A stretch of DNA of 27,832 nt from assembly GCA_002789895.1 (NCBI GenBank), contig PFUC01000004.1, positions 1-27,832 on the forward strand, read 5' to 3'. The notes beneath the pieces were generated by a model, which searched no databases, was not told the origin of the DNA, and worked only from the letters and a program-made list of their open reading frames with translations. The position numbers and the translations under genes are program-made. Origin of the DNA: Candidatus Collierbacteria bacterium CG_4_9_14_3_um_filter_43_16. GTDB lineage: Bacteria; Patescibacteriota; Microgenomatia; UBA1400; MFAQ01. This document shows positions 1 through 7,375 of this stretch, one piece after another; the stretch's first letter is position 1; every line of letters begins with the position of its first letter.

Positions 1-47
1 TTTGTCCTACCTGTGGAACCAAAATGTTTAAAATCGGCGCTAAGTAA
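1..47 (+). CDS. 3' end of a small Zn-ribbon protein, DUF5679-like (partial)
   Basis: Frame starting at base 3 reads CPTCGTKMFKIGAK*, with TAA at 45-47. This matches my recollection of the DUF5679 C-terminus common in CPR genomes. Truncated by the window edge. Confidence 0.7.
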   Translation, partial: CPTCGTKMFKIGAK

Positions 48-59
48 GCATCGAACAAG

Positions 60-94
60 AAGCCCGGGTGAGAGAGATCAAGCTTGGGTTTTTT
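60..94 (+). terminator. Probable intrinsic terminator
   Basis: aagcccggg ... cttgggtttttt stem with G-U pairs followed by a T-run, between convergent genes. Confidence 0.5.
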
Positions 95-99
95 GTGAT

Positions 100-648
100 C
101 TAGGTAACTATTTCGGTCATACTAAGCTGTTTTAGCTTAGCGATAAGTTCTTCTTTGCTGTAACCCGAAGTGTCTATCTGTTTAATAATAAACGTTCTTA
201 GTCCCTCGATGATTCTTCTGACCATGACCGCCTCGCTTATTCTGAGATACTTAATTTTAATTTCATTTCTGGTAAAGGTTTTGGATACTATTACCAATTG
301 AGCGAAGAAGGGGGCGGTGTTGACAAAAATGTTGGAAATATCTTTGATGTCGACGCTATGCACTTGAGAAGAAAGGAAAAAAGTCCGATTGATGATTGTC
401 AGCCTACTCTCTTCAATATTTAAAGTATCGGGAAAAAAATCAAAAGGAAATCTATGCGTGCGTATTGTCACCAATATTCGGTTTGATTTTTTGACCAATT
501 TTGCCACCAATACCTTGTCGGTCCGACTGTCATTATTGACGACGATCGCTTCTTTCTGGCCCGAGATGGAATCCGACGCCATCAACGATTGCGTTTTGTT
601 TGACGATACGGTCACCTTACCTGTTTGATCGTCAATTTTGATTTCCAT
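100..648 (-). CDS. Hypothetical protein, possibly bacterial PH-like domain
   Basis: 182-aa ORF. The segment 'FPDTLNIEESRLTIINRTFFLSSQVHSVDIKDISNI' resembles bPH beta-strand patterns (inference). Confidence 0.65.
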   Translation of the reverse strand: MEIKIDDQTGKVTVSSNKTQSLMASDSISGQKEAIVVNNDSRTDKVLVAKLVKKSNRILVTIRTHRFPFDFFPDTLNIEESRLTIINRTFFLSSQVHSVDIKDISNIFVNTAPFFAQLVIVSKTFTRNEIKIKYLRISEAVMVRRIIEGLRTFIIKQIDTSGYSKEELIAKLKQLSMTEIVT

Positions 649-662
649 AAGTAGCTATGGTT

Positions 663-806
663 TCAGCTAATAATACCCAACCCCAGAAGCCCAATCACAA
701 TCAAGTAGCCGGCGATCAGATAGTTCAGAAATTTTGGGAACATCAAAATCAACAGGCCAAAGATTAACGAGGTTAAGGGAGTTAAGTTTGTTAAAGTAAG
801 ACTCAT
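663..806 (-). CDS. Small membrane protein, DUF3096 family (not in ORF track)
   Basis: Translated by hand: ATG 806 to TGA 663, MSLTLTNLTPLTSLIFGLLILMFPKFLNYLIAGYLIVIGLLGLGIIS (47 aa). The 'G.LIL..P..LNY.IA.YLI.IG' pattern is characteristic of DUF3096. Confidence 0.8.
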   Translation of the reverse strand: MSLTLTNLTPLTSLIFGLLILMFPKFLNYLIAGYLIVIGLLGLGIIS

Positions 807-845
807 ATTTTTCTTAAATAATTTTTAATAATAATCTGTATCAAA

Positions 846-1241
846 TTAATTGACTTGTTTTTCGCCCGAAAAGATTCTCATCAGCTTGACTATTCCCCAA
901 GCCAGGATCGCATAAACTATAAGGGCGACGGCCACTGAAGGTTCAATCACCGAAGTGGTTTCCAGCCCATGGGTAAATCCACGACGGAAGATTCCTTCAA
1001 AGGGAAGCACGAACACTCCCGTTATCCCATAAATGATATTGACAAACGGGCTCGAATGACTGGCTCCCATCAATTTTAGAACCAATCGAAAAGCCAGTAG
1101 TGTCTCCACTGCTCCTAAAATATAATAAACTACGTATTCTCGAGTTTGAGAATCGGTAGCTTCTTCCTGACCCGGAGTAATGACAACATTTCTGACGTTG
1201 TTATCTTGAGTCGATACTGTTTCTTTGATTATTTCTGCCAT
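846..1241 (-). CDS. YggT-like membrane protein
   Basis: 131 aa with hydrophobic helices and an 'LLAFRLVLKLMGA....FVNIIYGIT..FVLPF.GIF' pattern. Strong SD (AAGGAGGT) upstream. Confidence 0.7.
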   Translation of the reverse strand: MAEIIKETVSTQDNNVRNVVITPGQEEATDSQTREYVVYYILGAVETLLAFRLVLKLMGASHSSPFVNIIYGITGVFVLPFEGIFRRGFTHGLETTSVIEPSVAVALIVYAILAWGIVKLMRIFSGEKQVN

Positions 1242-1471
1242 ATGCTTTTGACCTCCTTTTTCGCGTTCTTCATGGTCTTGAGGGTATTGGTTGCTTTTTT
1301 CTTACCTTCTGCCATCTTCTCTTCGACTTCATCTTTTCTATTACCAACCTCTTTGTGTATTCCTTCAACGAATCCTTTTAGTTTCTCTTGATTCTTCTTG
1401 TTACTTAACGCTATCGCTCCGGCTACCGCGACACCCGCTCCTACCACCGCTCCCGCTACTACTGCAGCCAT
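1229..1471 (-). CDS. YtxH-like small membrane-anchored coiled-coil protein
   Basis: Gly/Ala-rich N-terminal helix (AAVVAGAVVGAGVAVAGAIAL) followed by a charged helical tail. The true start is uncertain (see the A7 finding). Confidence 0.65.
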   Translation of the reverse strand: MAAVVAGAVVGAGVAVAGAIALSNKKNQEKLKGFVEGIHKEVGNRKDEVEEKMAEGKKKATNTLKTMKNAKKEVKSIWQK

Positions 1472-1557
1472 GGTACTAACACCACCGCTTTTCTTATCTT
1501 GTTTTTTTGTTTATAAACAGTCATATCTTTCTTTTCGTTTTTTTAATATTGATTGGC

Positions 1558-1725
1558 TTAAATTGTTGGTTTTACAATGATTATTTCTTCGGGTAAATAC
1601 TTTACCAAAGCCATCTCGACTAGATTGGTTAAGGTTAAATTCTCGACTATGGCCTGCGTCTTGGCGTGTTTAATCAATTTTGGATCAAGAAAAAGGGTAA
1701 CTCGTTGCTTTGTATTAGTTGACAT
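1558..1725 (-). CDS. Small ribbon-helix-helix-like DNA-binding protein (55 aa)
   Basis: Start moved to ATG 1725 (MSTNTKQRVTLFLDPKLIKHAKTQAIVENLTLTNLVEMALVKYL). It shows an alternating beta strand then two helices, and lies directly behind a consensus promoter. Confidence 0.6.
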   Translation of the reverse strand: MSTNTKQRVTLFLDPKLIKHAKTQAIVENLTLTNLVEMALVKYLPEEIIIVKPTI

Positions 1726-1732
1726 ACTACCT

Positions 1733-1761
1733 ATACTACAACTATATGTAGTACTTGTCAA
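1733..1761 (-). promoter_or_regulatory. sigma70 promoter TTGACA-17-TAGTAT
   Basis: -35 at 1761..1756, -10 at 1738..1733, 7 nt before ATG 1725 (leaderless geometry). Confidence 0.75.
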
Positions 1762-2231
1762 GTGACGGCGAGAGAAGTCTTCTGTTTCAATACTTCATCA
1801 ATCAAAAATAACTGATTTTTTCGGAGAAGCGGGAGTTTATCCAAGGCAAAAAAACCATAGTCAGAAACTTCGTGGGTAGGCCCAAAATCACCACCAATCA
1901 AAACTCCCGTATAACACATGTCCAAACGTGCAGAGTCACGATCAGTACGGGTTTTGAGAGATTCATCGACACTAACTACCAGGCCAGATTCCTCTTTGAT
2001 TTCCCTTTCAAGTGCTTCTCGTGGGTGTTCCCCTGCCTTAAGATAGCCTCCCGGCAAACTCCATGAATGTGAGCGATAGGTGTGTTTAAAAAGTAGAACT
2101 TCATTTTTGTCGTTAAAAATTATTCCTGTCATACCGATCAAAAACTGATCTTGAAAAATACGCATCACAAAAAGCTGCAATTTCTTGGGAAGGTGGAGGG
2201 CTTTATAAATCTTACTTAATAGATTTTTCAT
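1758..2231 (-). CDS. NUDIX hydrolase
   Basis: Nudix box GGYLKAGEHPREALEREIKEESG. ATGA overlap with the upstream gene. Confidence 0.9.
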   Translation of the reverse strand: MKNLLSKIYKALHLPKKLQLFVMRIFQDQFLIGMTGIIFNDKNEVLLFKHTYRSHSWSLPGGYLKAGEHPREALEREIKEESGLVVSVDESLKTRTDRDSARLDMCYTGVLIGGDFGPTHEVSDYGFFALDKLPLLRKNQLFLIDEVLKQKTSLAVT

Positions 2232-2572
2232 AAAGCGTTTGTGTCCTCTGGTTCTACACTCGGTTCGTGCTTCAATTTCTCGTTTTCCAACTCAAGCTGG
2301 TGAACTCTCTTTGTTGATTCTAGCATTTCATCTTTACTATTTTTGATCTCTTTATCCTTTCTGTGAAGTTTAATAGAGGTAGAAATCGAATTAACGATAT
2401 ACATCAAATAAGACAGCCCTAAACCTATTACCAACGAACCGGCAATTACATAATAAAGTGGGATATCCGAGAGACTATATACACCTAGGTTAACTGAGAC
2501 GGGTGTGAAATTATATTTTGAAATATAAACAAGACCGGATCCAACTACCAAAAGTAAGATTAAATTTAGCAT
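2228..2572 (-). CDS. LapA/DUF1049-like membrane protein
   Basis: Two TM helices with an 'N.TPVSVNLG.Y...IPLYYVI.GS' pattern and a coiled-coil C-terminus. Confidence 0.7.
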   Translation of the reverse strand: MLNLILLLVVGSGLVYISKYNFTPVSVNLGVYSLSDIPLYYVIAGSLVIGLGLSYLMYIVNSISTSIKLHRKDKEIKNSKDEMLESTKRVHQLELENEKLKHEPSVEPEDTNAL

Positions 2573-2697
2573 AATATCCTATAAAATATCTAATACTTCC
2601 AGTATACGCTTTTTATTTCAATTATACTTATTCTTCCTACCTAAAAATCCATATCTTCTCGTTGGATACCTGCCTCTGAAGGGGGACGATTTTCGAA

Positions 2698-3387
2698 TTA
2701 TTTCTCGATTTTTTTGTACCAGTCTTCGAGAACTTTCTTGGTAATGTCTTTGGAGCCAAGCCCCAAACTGAGTCCTAGGGCAAGGGCAACGGCCATAATA
2801 AATCCGACGAAAACAGTATTGATGAAGAAACTGGCAATACCTAGCTGGGAGAGGGCAGCCAGAACAAAAAAGGTCATGACGGCATAACTAACGACTTTGC
2901 CGATAAAACGGGCCATAGATGGATCAGACGATCCCAGAGAGCCCTTTACTACTTTCTCAAGGAATCCTGCAACAACAACACCAATAACCAAAGTAATGAC
3001 GGCAGCGATAAGAGTGGGAATACCGGCGATGATACCGTTTAAGAACAGGCTGATGGAGGTAATACCAAGAATGTTGATACCGGCGACAAAGAAAAGGGTG
3101 ACAACCAACCACTTAACTATTTCACCAATGACATCTTCAAACTTCTGTGAGATTTGGGCGTTTTTTAGGAAATCGGTGACAACCGGATTTTTGAAAAGAG
3201 TGCCGAGCTTGGTGATGTTGACAATCTTGGCAGTAAGTGTCTTAAGCCAGTCGGCAAGAAGCCAACCGATGAGGAAGACAACAAGGGCGCCCAGAATATT
3301 GGGCAAAAAGTTAATGACTCCAACCAAGACCTGGTTGGCGGCAAAGGAAAGGGCGTTTTGGAAGGAAAGGAGAACGTTTGTTTGCAT
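2698..3387 (-). CDS. MscS-associated 'conserved TM helix' membrane protein (CmpX-like)
   Basis: Repeated 'FLPNILGALVVFLIGW' / 'IPTLIAAVITLVIG' TM-helix motifs and a C-terminal 'ALGLSLGLGSKD'. Start placed at ATG 3387 because of the promoter at 3396-3424. Confidence 0.8.
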   Translation of the reverse strand: MQTNVLLSFQNALSFAANQVLVGVINFLPNILGALVVFLIGWLLADWLKTLTAKIVNITKLGTLFKNPVVTDFLKNAQISQKFEDVIGEIVKWLVVTLFFVAGINILGITSISLFLNGIIAGIPTLIAAVITLVIGVVVAGFLEKVVKGSLGSSDPSMARFIGKVVSYAVMTFFVLAALSQLGIASFFINTVFVGFIMAVALALGLSLGLGSKDITKKVLEDWYKKIEK

Positions 3388-3395
3388 ATACACTT

Positions 3396-3424
3396 ATCAT
3401 AGGAACAATAAGTCTATAAGTCAA
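3396..3424 (-). promoter_or_regulatory. sigma70 promoter TTGACT-17-TATGAT
   Basis: -35 at 3424..3419, -10 at 3401..3396, 8 nt before ATG 3387. Confidence 0.7.
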
Positions 3425-3429
3425 ATGTC

Positions 3430-3438
3430 TGGTAAAAT
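3430..3438 (+). promoter_or_regulatory. Extended -10 promoter (TGgTAAAAT) for rnpB
   Basis: TGnTAAAAT lies 7 nt upstream of the P1 helix 5' strand. Confidence 0.6.
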
Positions 3439-3445
3439 ATACTAT

Positions 3446-3745
3446 CCCTAGTACGAGAGGAATGGTCGCCTCAGGCGACAGGAAAGTCCGGACAGCTAAA
3501 AGGAAGGGTGGCTGGGGAAACCCAGTCCTTCCCGAGGTGACTCGGGAGGCGCGACAGGGCCACAGAGACGATTAAAGGTGAAACGCCCCGCCGCTCGGCG
3601 GGGATCCTCAAGGAGTAATCTTAGAGGAGTGGTAACCCGCCCCGCTGCAATCGACGAATTGGGATTAAGGTGCCTTTTCCGTCCCTAAAGTCTCGAGCAT
3701 AGATAGATATTCCTCCACGACAGAATCCGGCTTATTGTACTAGGG
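3446..3745 (+). ncRNA. rnpB: RNase P RNA, type A-like, reduced
   Basis: P4 signatures AGGAAAGTCCGG (3480-3491) and ACAGAATCCGGCTTAT. P1 is ccctagtac/gtactaggg and P3 is gtcgcc/ggcgac. ACAGAGA and TGAAA conserved regions are present. Confidence 0.97.
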
Positions 3746-3767
3746 AGCCCGCAAGGGCTCGCTTGTT
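3745..3767 (+). terminator. Hairpin gagccc-GCAA-gggctc after rnpB
   Basis: Perfect 6-bp stem with a GNRA loop between convergent rnpB and the AI-2E gene. The U-tract is weak. Confidence 0.55.
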
Positions 3768-3776
3768 GGGTGAGGG

Positions 3777-4772
3777 CTAGTCGATTTCGGGGATGGTGGT
3801 GTCTTTGTTTAGCCTGACGTGGCCGAGAATGACCCGGGCGCTAAGCACAGTGGGTAAAGCCAGGACAGCAAGAAGAGGACCACCCAATTGAAAACCGATC
3901 ATAATGGCGACGATGGTGATAATGGGATTCAATCCAGCAACCTGTTGCATGACCTTAGGAACGATAAGATTGTTTTCCAATTGCTGAACGATGATAGAAA
4001 CAACGAGGGCGGCCAGACCATGAGTCGGGGAAACTGATAAACCGACCAGAACTGCAGGGACGGTGGCTATTGTAGGTCCAATATTAGGAATTAGTTCCAG
4101 CATACCGGCAATAAGGGCCAAAGGAATCGCAAAAGGAATTCCAATAATGAGATAGCCGATATAACTCAGAAGGCCGACAAGCAACATAAGAAGCAGCTCT
4201 CCCCTAACCCAATAACCAATTTGGACTTCCAGCTTTTCGGCGATGATGTGATAACGGTGACCTTTTTCACCAAACCAGAACTTGAGATAGTTCTCCAAAT
4301 TATGCATATCCTGAATCATGTAATAGCTGACGACAATAACCGTAAAAGCGGTGATAAAAGCCGAGAAAGTGTCGAGAGCAAAAGTAAGAACCTTACCGGG
4401 AACAGTGGCAAATTGGGCATTAAAAGAACCGTCGGTAAACTTGATGGGACTAACTGTATCGATAATGGTAGGTAACTTGATGAGAAAGAGCTGAGTCTGG
4501 TCCAGTAACGGAGAAGCTAAAGAAACGACGGAAAAAATGATAGTCCCGAATACAGCCAATAGAATGACCATGGAAGAAAGAGCTCGATTAATCCTGTATT
4601 TTTCAAGATGGTCCACCAGAGGACAAACTGCCAAAGTGATGAGAACAGCAATAAACAAAAGAATAATGACGTTAGAAAGCTTCATGACGATAAATATGGC
4701 GGCTAGAGAAAATAGGACCCAGAAGATGCTTCCAGTGGAGAAATCAAAGATAATGTGTTTCTGTTTAATCAT
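3777..4772 (-). CDS. AI-2E family transporter (PerM/UPF0118)
   Basis: Motifs 'GYWVRGELLL', 'ELIPNIGP' and 'QQLENNLIVPKVM....GLNP'. Confidence 0.92.
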   Translation of the reverse strand: MIKQKHIIFDFSTGSIFWVLFSLAAIFIVMKLSNVIILLFIAVLITLAVCPLVDHLEKYRINRALSSMVILLAVFGTIIFSVVSLASPLLDQTQLFLIKLPTIIDTVSPIKFTDGSFNAQFATVPGKVLTFALDTFSAFITAFTVIVVSYYMIQDMHNLENYLKFWFGEKGHRYHIIAEKLEVQIGYWVRGELLLMLLVGLLSYIGYLIIGIPFAIPLALIAGMLELIPNIGPTIATVPAVLVGLSVSPTHGLAALVVSIIVQQLENNLIVPKVMQQVAGLNPIITIVAIMIGFQLGGPLLAVLALPTVLSARVILGHVRLNKDTTIPEID

Positions 4773-5833
4773 TTTGTATATATTTCTGCCAGTTTTTGAC
4801 TTAATGATTTATCTACTTCACTTTTATCATACCAAAATATACTGGGTTGTTTCTTAAACCAGACCATTTGCCGACGGGCATAATCCACTTCGGATGCCGT
4901 CCACAGGTCTACCAGTGTTTCTTGAGAGATTTCATGGTGCAAGAATTGAAGAATCTGTTTGACGCCCAGACTCGTGTAGATTGGCAAGTGGAGGTCGGGG
5001 TATTTTTTAATTATATTTTTTACTTCTTCCACGGCTCCATTTTCTAATCTATCAATAACTCTATGATTGATCTGTGATTTCTGAATTACTTTATCGACTT
5101 TAAGGCCAACCCAAAGAAAGTTTGGTGGAGTGAGATTGCCGCGGTTCGAAGTACCGAAACTCGCAATGACGTTGGAGGAAGAAAAAGCGGTACTCATTGG
5201 ATGGATTCCCGCCTCCGCGGGAATGACGGAAGGCGAGGATGACAAGGGGAGGGTTTTTTGTTGTGAAGAGAAGATTTCGATGGCACGGATGAGACGTCTT
5301 GGATTATGGAGATCGGAGTTGTTTAGGGAAGCGAATTTGTGGGGATTTAATTTTGATAGACGGGATTGTAAAGACTGAAGATCTAGTTTCTCCAGATCCA
5401 AACGGAGAGATGGATTGGATGGAACGTGGACGTTGAGAAGATCTGAGGTAATGGCTTGCAAATACAAGCCGGTGCCTCCGACGATGATGAGAGGAATACT
5501 TTGAATAAATGATTTGTTAATCATTTTTTGAGAATAATTGACATAATCAGATAAGTTGAAGGGTTGGTTCGGCTCCACTAGATCCAGCCCAAAGTACCTG
5601 ATGCCTTGGGGAAGGTCACGAGGAATGTCCTTCCCCGTAACAATGTCCAGACCCTTGTATATCTGGCGGGAGTCGGCGGAGAGGATGTTGACGGATCGAG
5701 GTGGAGTGAGATTGCCACAGCACTTCGTGCTTCGCAATGACGAAGCGATGGAGAGAGCGAGGGAGGTTTTGCCGGAGGAAGTGGGGCCGCAGATGATGAG
5801 GATGGTTTGGTTTGTTTTTGTTATAGCTTTCAT
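4769..5833 (-). CDS. miaA: tRNA dimethylallyltransferase with in-frame REP-derived insertions
   Basis: GPTSSGKT P-loop, DSRQIYKGLDIVTGK, VGGTGLY, RRLIRAIE and YARRQ..WF. Confidence 0.95.
   Translation of the reverse strand: MKAITKTNQTILIICGPTSSGKTSLALSIASSLRSTKCCGNLTPPRSVNILSADSRQIYKGLDIVTGKDIPRDLPQGIRYFGLDLVEPNQPFNLSDYVNYSQKMINKSFIQSIPLIIVGGTGLYLQAITSDLLNVHVPSNPSLRLDLEKLDLQSLQSRLSKLNPHKFASLNNSDLHNPRRLIRAIEIFSSQQKTLPLSSSPSVIPAEAGIHPMSTAFSSSNVIASFGTSNRGNLTPPNFLWVGLKVDKVIQKSQINHRVIDRLENGAVEEVKNIIKKYPDLHLPIYTSLGVKQILQFLHHEISQETLVDLWTASEVDYARRQMVWFKKQPSIFWYDKSEVDKSLSQKLAEIYTK
5132..5171 (-). repeat. CGTC-type REP (subfamily A) inside miaA
   Basis: Minus strand CGTCATTGCGAG...GGCAATCTC. Encodes 'VIASFGTSNRGNL'. 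Confidence 0.85.
5202..5228 (-). repeat. CGTC-type REP (subfamily B) inside miaA
   Basis: Minus strand CGTCATTCCCGCGGAGGCGGGAATCCA. Encodes 'VIPAEAGIH'. Confidence 0.9.
5708..5742 (-). repeat. CGTC-type REP (subfamily A) inside miaA
   Basis: Minus strand CGTCATTGCGAAGCACGAAGTGCTGTGGCAATCTC. Encodes 'SSLRSTKCCGNL'. Confidence 0.85.
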
Positions 5834-5843
5834 GTTTCCCGGA

Positions 5844-5869
5844 TGGATCCCCGCATTCGCGAGGATGAC
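5844..5869 (-). repeat. CGTC-type REP (subfamily B variant) between miaB and miaA
   Basis: Minus strand GTCATCCTCGCGAATGCGGGGATCCA in the 45-nt intergenic gap. Confidence 0.8.
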
Positions 5870-5878
5870 AAATATAAC

Positions 5879-7024
5879 TTACGGGACGATGGGACGAGAC
5901 CTGAGATTATCTTTGTTGGTAATTTGATCCAATATTTCCCAACGTTCTTTCTTAATACTGGCCGGAATGTCGTCCGGGAATAGTTTAGCGGAGACTGTGC
6001 CTGGACGAGGCGAGTATCTGGCGACAAAGGCAACCTTGAAGCCAACTTCTTTGACTAGATTCAGTGTGTCCCGAAAATCATCCTCAGTTTCCCCCGGAAA
6101 ACCAACGATAATATCCGTACCAAAAACTACGTCAGGAATTTTAACTTTTATCTGATTAATTAAATTGAGGAAGGATTCTCTGGTGTATCCTCTATTCATC
6201 AGTTTTAAGATCCGATTGCTGCCGGACTGAACTGGTAAATGAATGAAACGATCGATTTTGGGATTTTTAGCTATCTCATCAACCAACTCGTCCCAGAAGT
6301 CCCAGGGGTTACTAGTAAAAAAACTGATCTTTTGGATGCCGTTAATTTTGCTGATTTCTCTAAGCAAAGTGACAAAAGGTGGGGTGTCTTGTGGCTTGAA
6401 GTATTGAGACTGATTGGAAGGAAAAATGTCTGAGTTGAAGGTGTCTTTATCCATGAACATCTTCCGGAGGGCCACACCGACTTTTTCTAAGCCCCAAGAG
6501 TTCACATTTTGACCCAACAGAGTGATTTCGGTATAGCCTTCTCCGGCCAACCCTGCAACCTCCCGAACGATATCGTCAATTGGGCGAGAACGTTCCCGAC
6601 CTCTGGAAAATGGCACAATACAAAAGGTGCAAAAAGAATTACAACCTGAGGAAATGGAAATAAAGGCCTTGTCCTTTTCTTTTCTGATAGCTTTTTGATT
6701 GAAACCGACTTCACCAATAGGAAGAATTTCGTCGATCTGGGGCAGAAGTACTCTTATTTCTTTTTCATTGAAATGGAGCATGCAGCCGGTGAGAATTATC
6801 TTGGGTCTTTGTTTCCGCGCAAAAAACTTGTCGACATTGAGCAAAAAACCGGTGACACGGTCCTCGGCAGACTGGCGGACGGAACAAGTGTTGATGACGA
6901 TTTCATCGGCTACTTTCCAAGTATCGGCCTCGGCATATCCGCGGGAAAGATAATCACCAAGTATGCGCTCGGAGTCTGACTTGTTCGCTTGGCAACCAAA
7001 AGTGTTGATAAAGACCGACGGCAT
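5879..7024 (-). CDS. miaB: tRNA methylthiotransferase MiaB-like, lacking the C-terminal TRAM domain
   Basis: UPF0004 domain (FGCQANKSDSE, TCSVR, GCM), radical SAM CNSFCTFC, HLPVQSGS and TDIIVGFPGET. Adjacent to miaA. Confidence 0.85.
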   Translation of the reverse strand: MPSVFINTFGCQANKSDSERILGDYLSRGYAEADTWKVADEIVINTCSVRQSAEDRVTGFLLNVDKFFARKQRPKIILTGCMLHFNEKEIRVLLPQIDEILPIGEVGFNQKAIRKEKDKAFISISSGCNSFCTFCIVPFSRGRERSRPIDDIVREVAGLAGEGYTEITLLGQNVNSWGLEKVGVALRKMFMDKDTFNSDIFPSNQSQYFKPQDTPPFVTLLREISKINGIQKISFFTSNPWDFWDELVDEIAKNPKIDRFIHLPVQSGSNRILKLMNRGYTRESFLNLINQIKVKIPDVVFGTDIIVGFPGETEDDFRDTLNLVKEVGFKVAFVARYSPRPGTVSAKLFPDDIPASIKKERWEILDQITNKDNLRSRPIVP

Positions 7025-7299
7025 TAGGCAACTTTCTTTTTCAAAGGTTTACCAACATGAAAGTTGATAACCTTGTGGCCCTTGACTACTTGTCTCTTAG
7101 ACTCATTACCAAAAGGAACAACTTGTTTGTCCTCAACTTTGCCGATATAGAAAGTCCCAAAGCCAGAGATCACGACTTTTTCACCTTTGCCTAGCGCGGC
7201 AATTGATTCCTCAAAAAAGCTATCTACCGTTTCTTTAACGGCCTTCTTGGTTAAATGGACTTTCTTACTAACGATGTTGACAAGAGTTTGTTTGGTCAT
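7024..7299 (-). CDS. hup: HU-family DNA-binding protein
   Basis: 91 aa, helix-turn-helix body and ISGFGTF motif. TAATG overlap with miaB. Confidence 0.85.
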   Translation of the reverse strand: MTKQTLVNIVSKKVHLTKKAVKETVDSFFEESIAALGKGEKVVISGFGTFYIGKVEDKQVVPFGNESKRQVVKGHKVINFHVGKPLKKKVA

Positions 7300-7375
7300 T
7301 TATTTCTCTTTCCGGGCAGAAAACTTAATAATAATTTAGCTGATGTTACCACCTAATTATACTACGCGCAAGGAG

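Noticed and set aside
5130-5927. Plus-strand ORFs 5130..5378 and 5556..5927 and the other short antisense ORFs in the track
   Set aside because: They are shadows of well-supported opposite-strand genes, partly made of REP sequence, with no family motifs or start signals.
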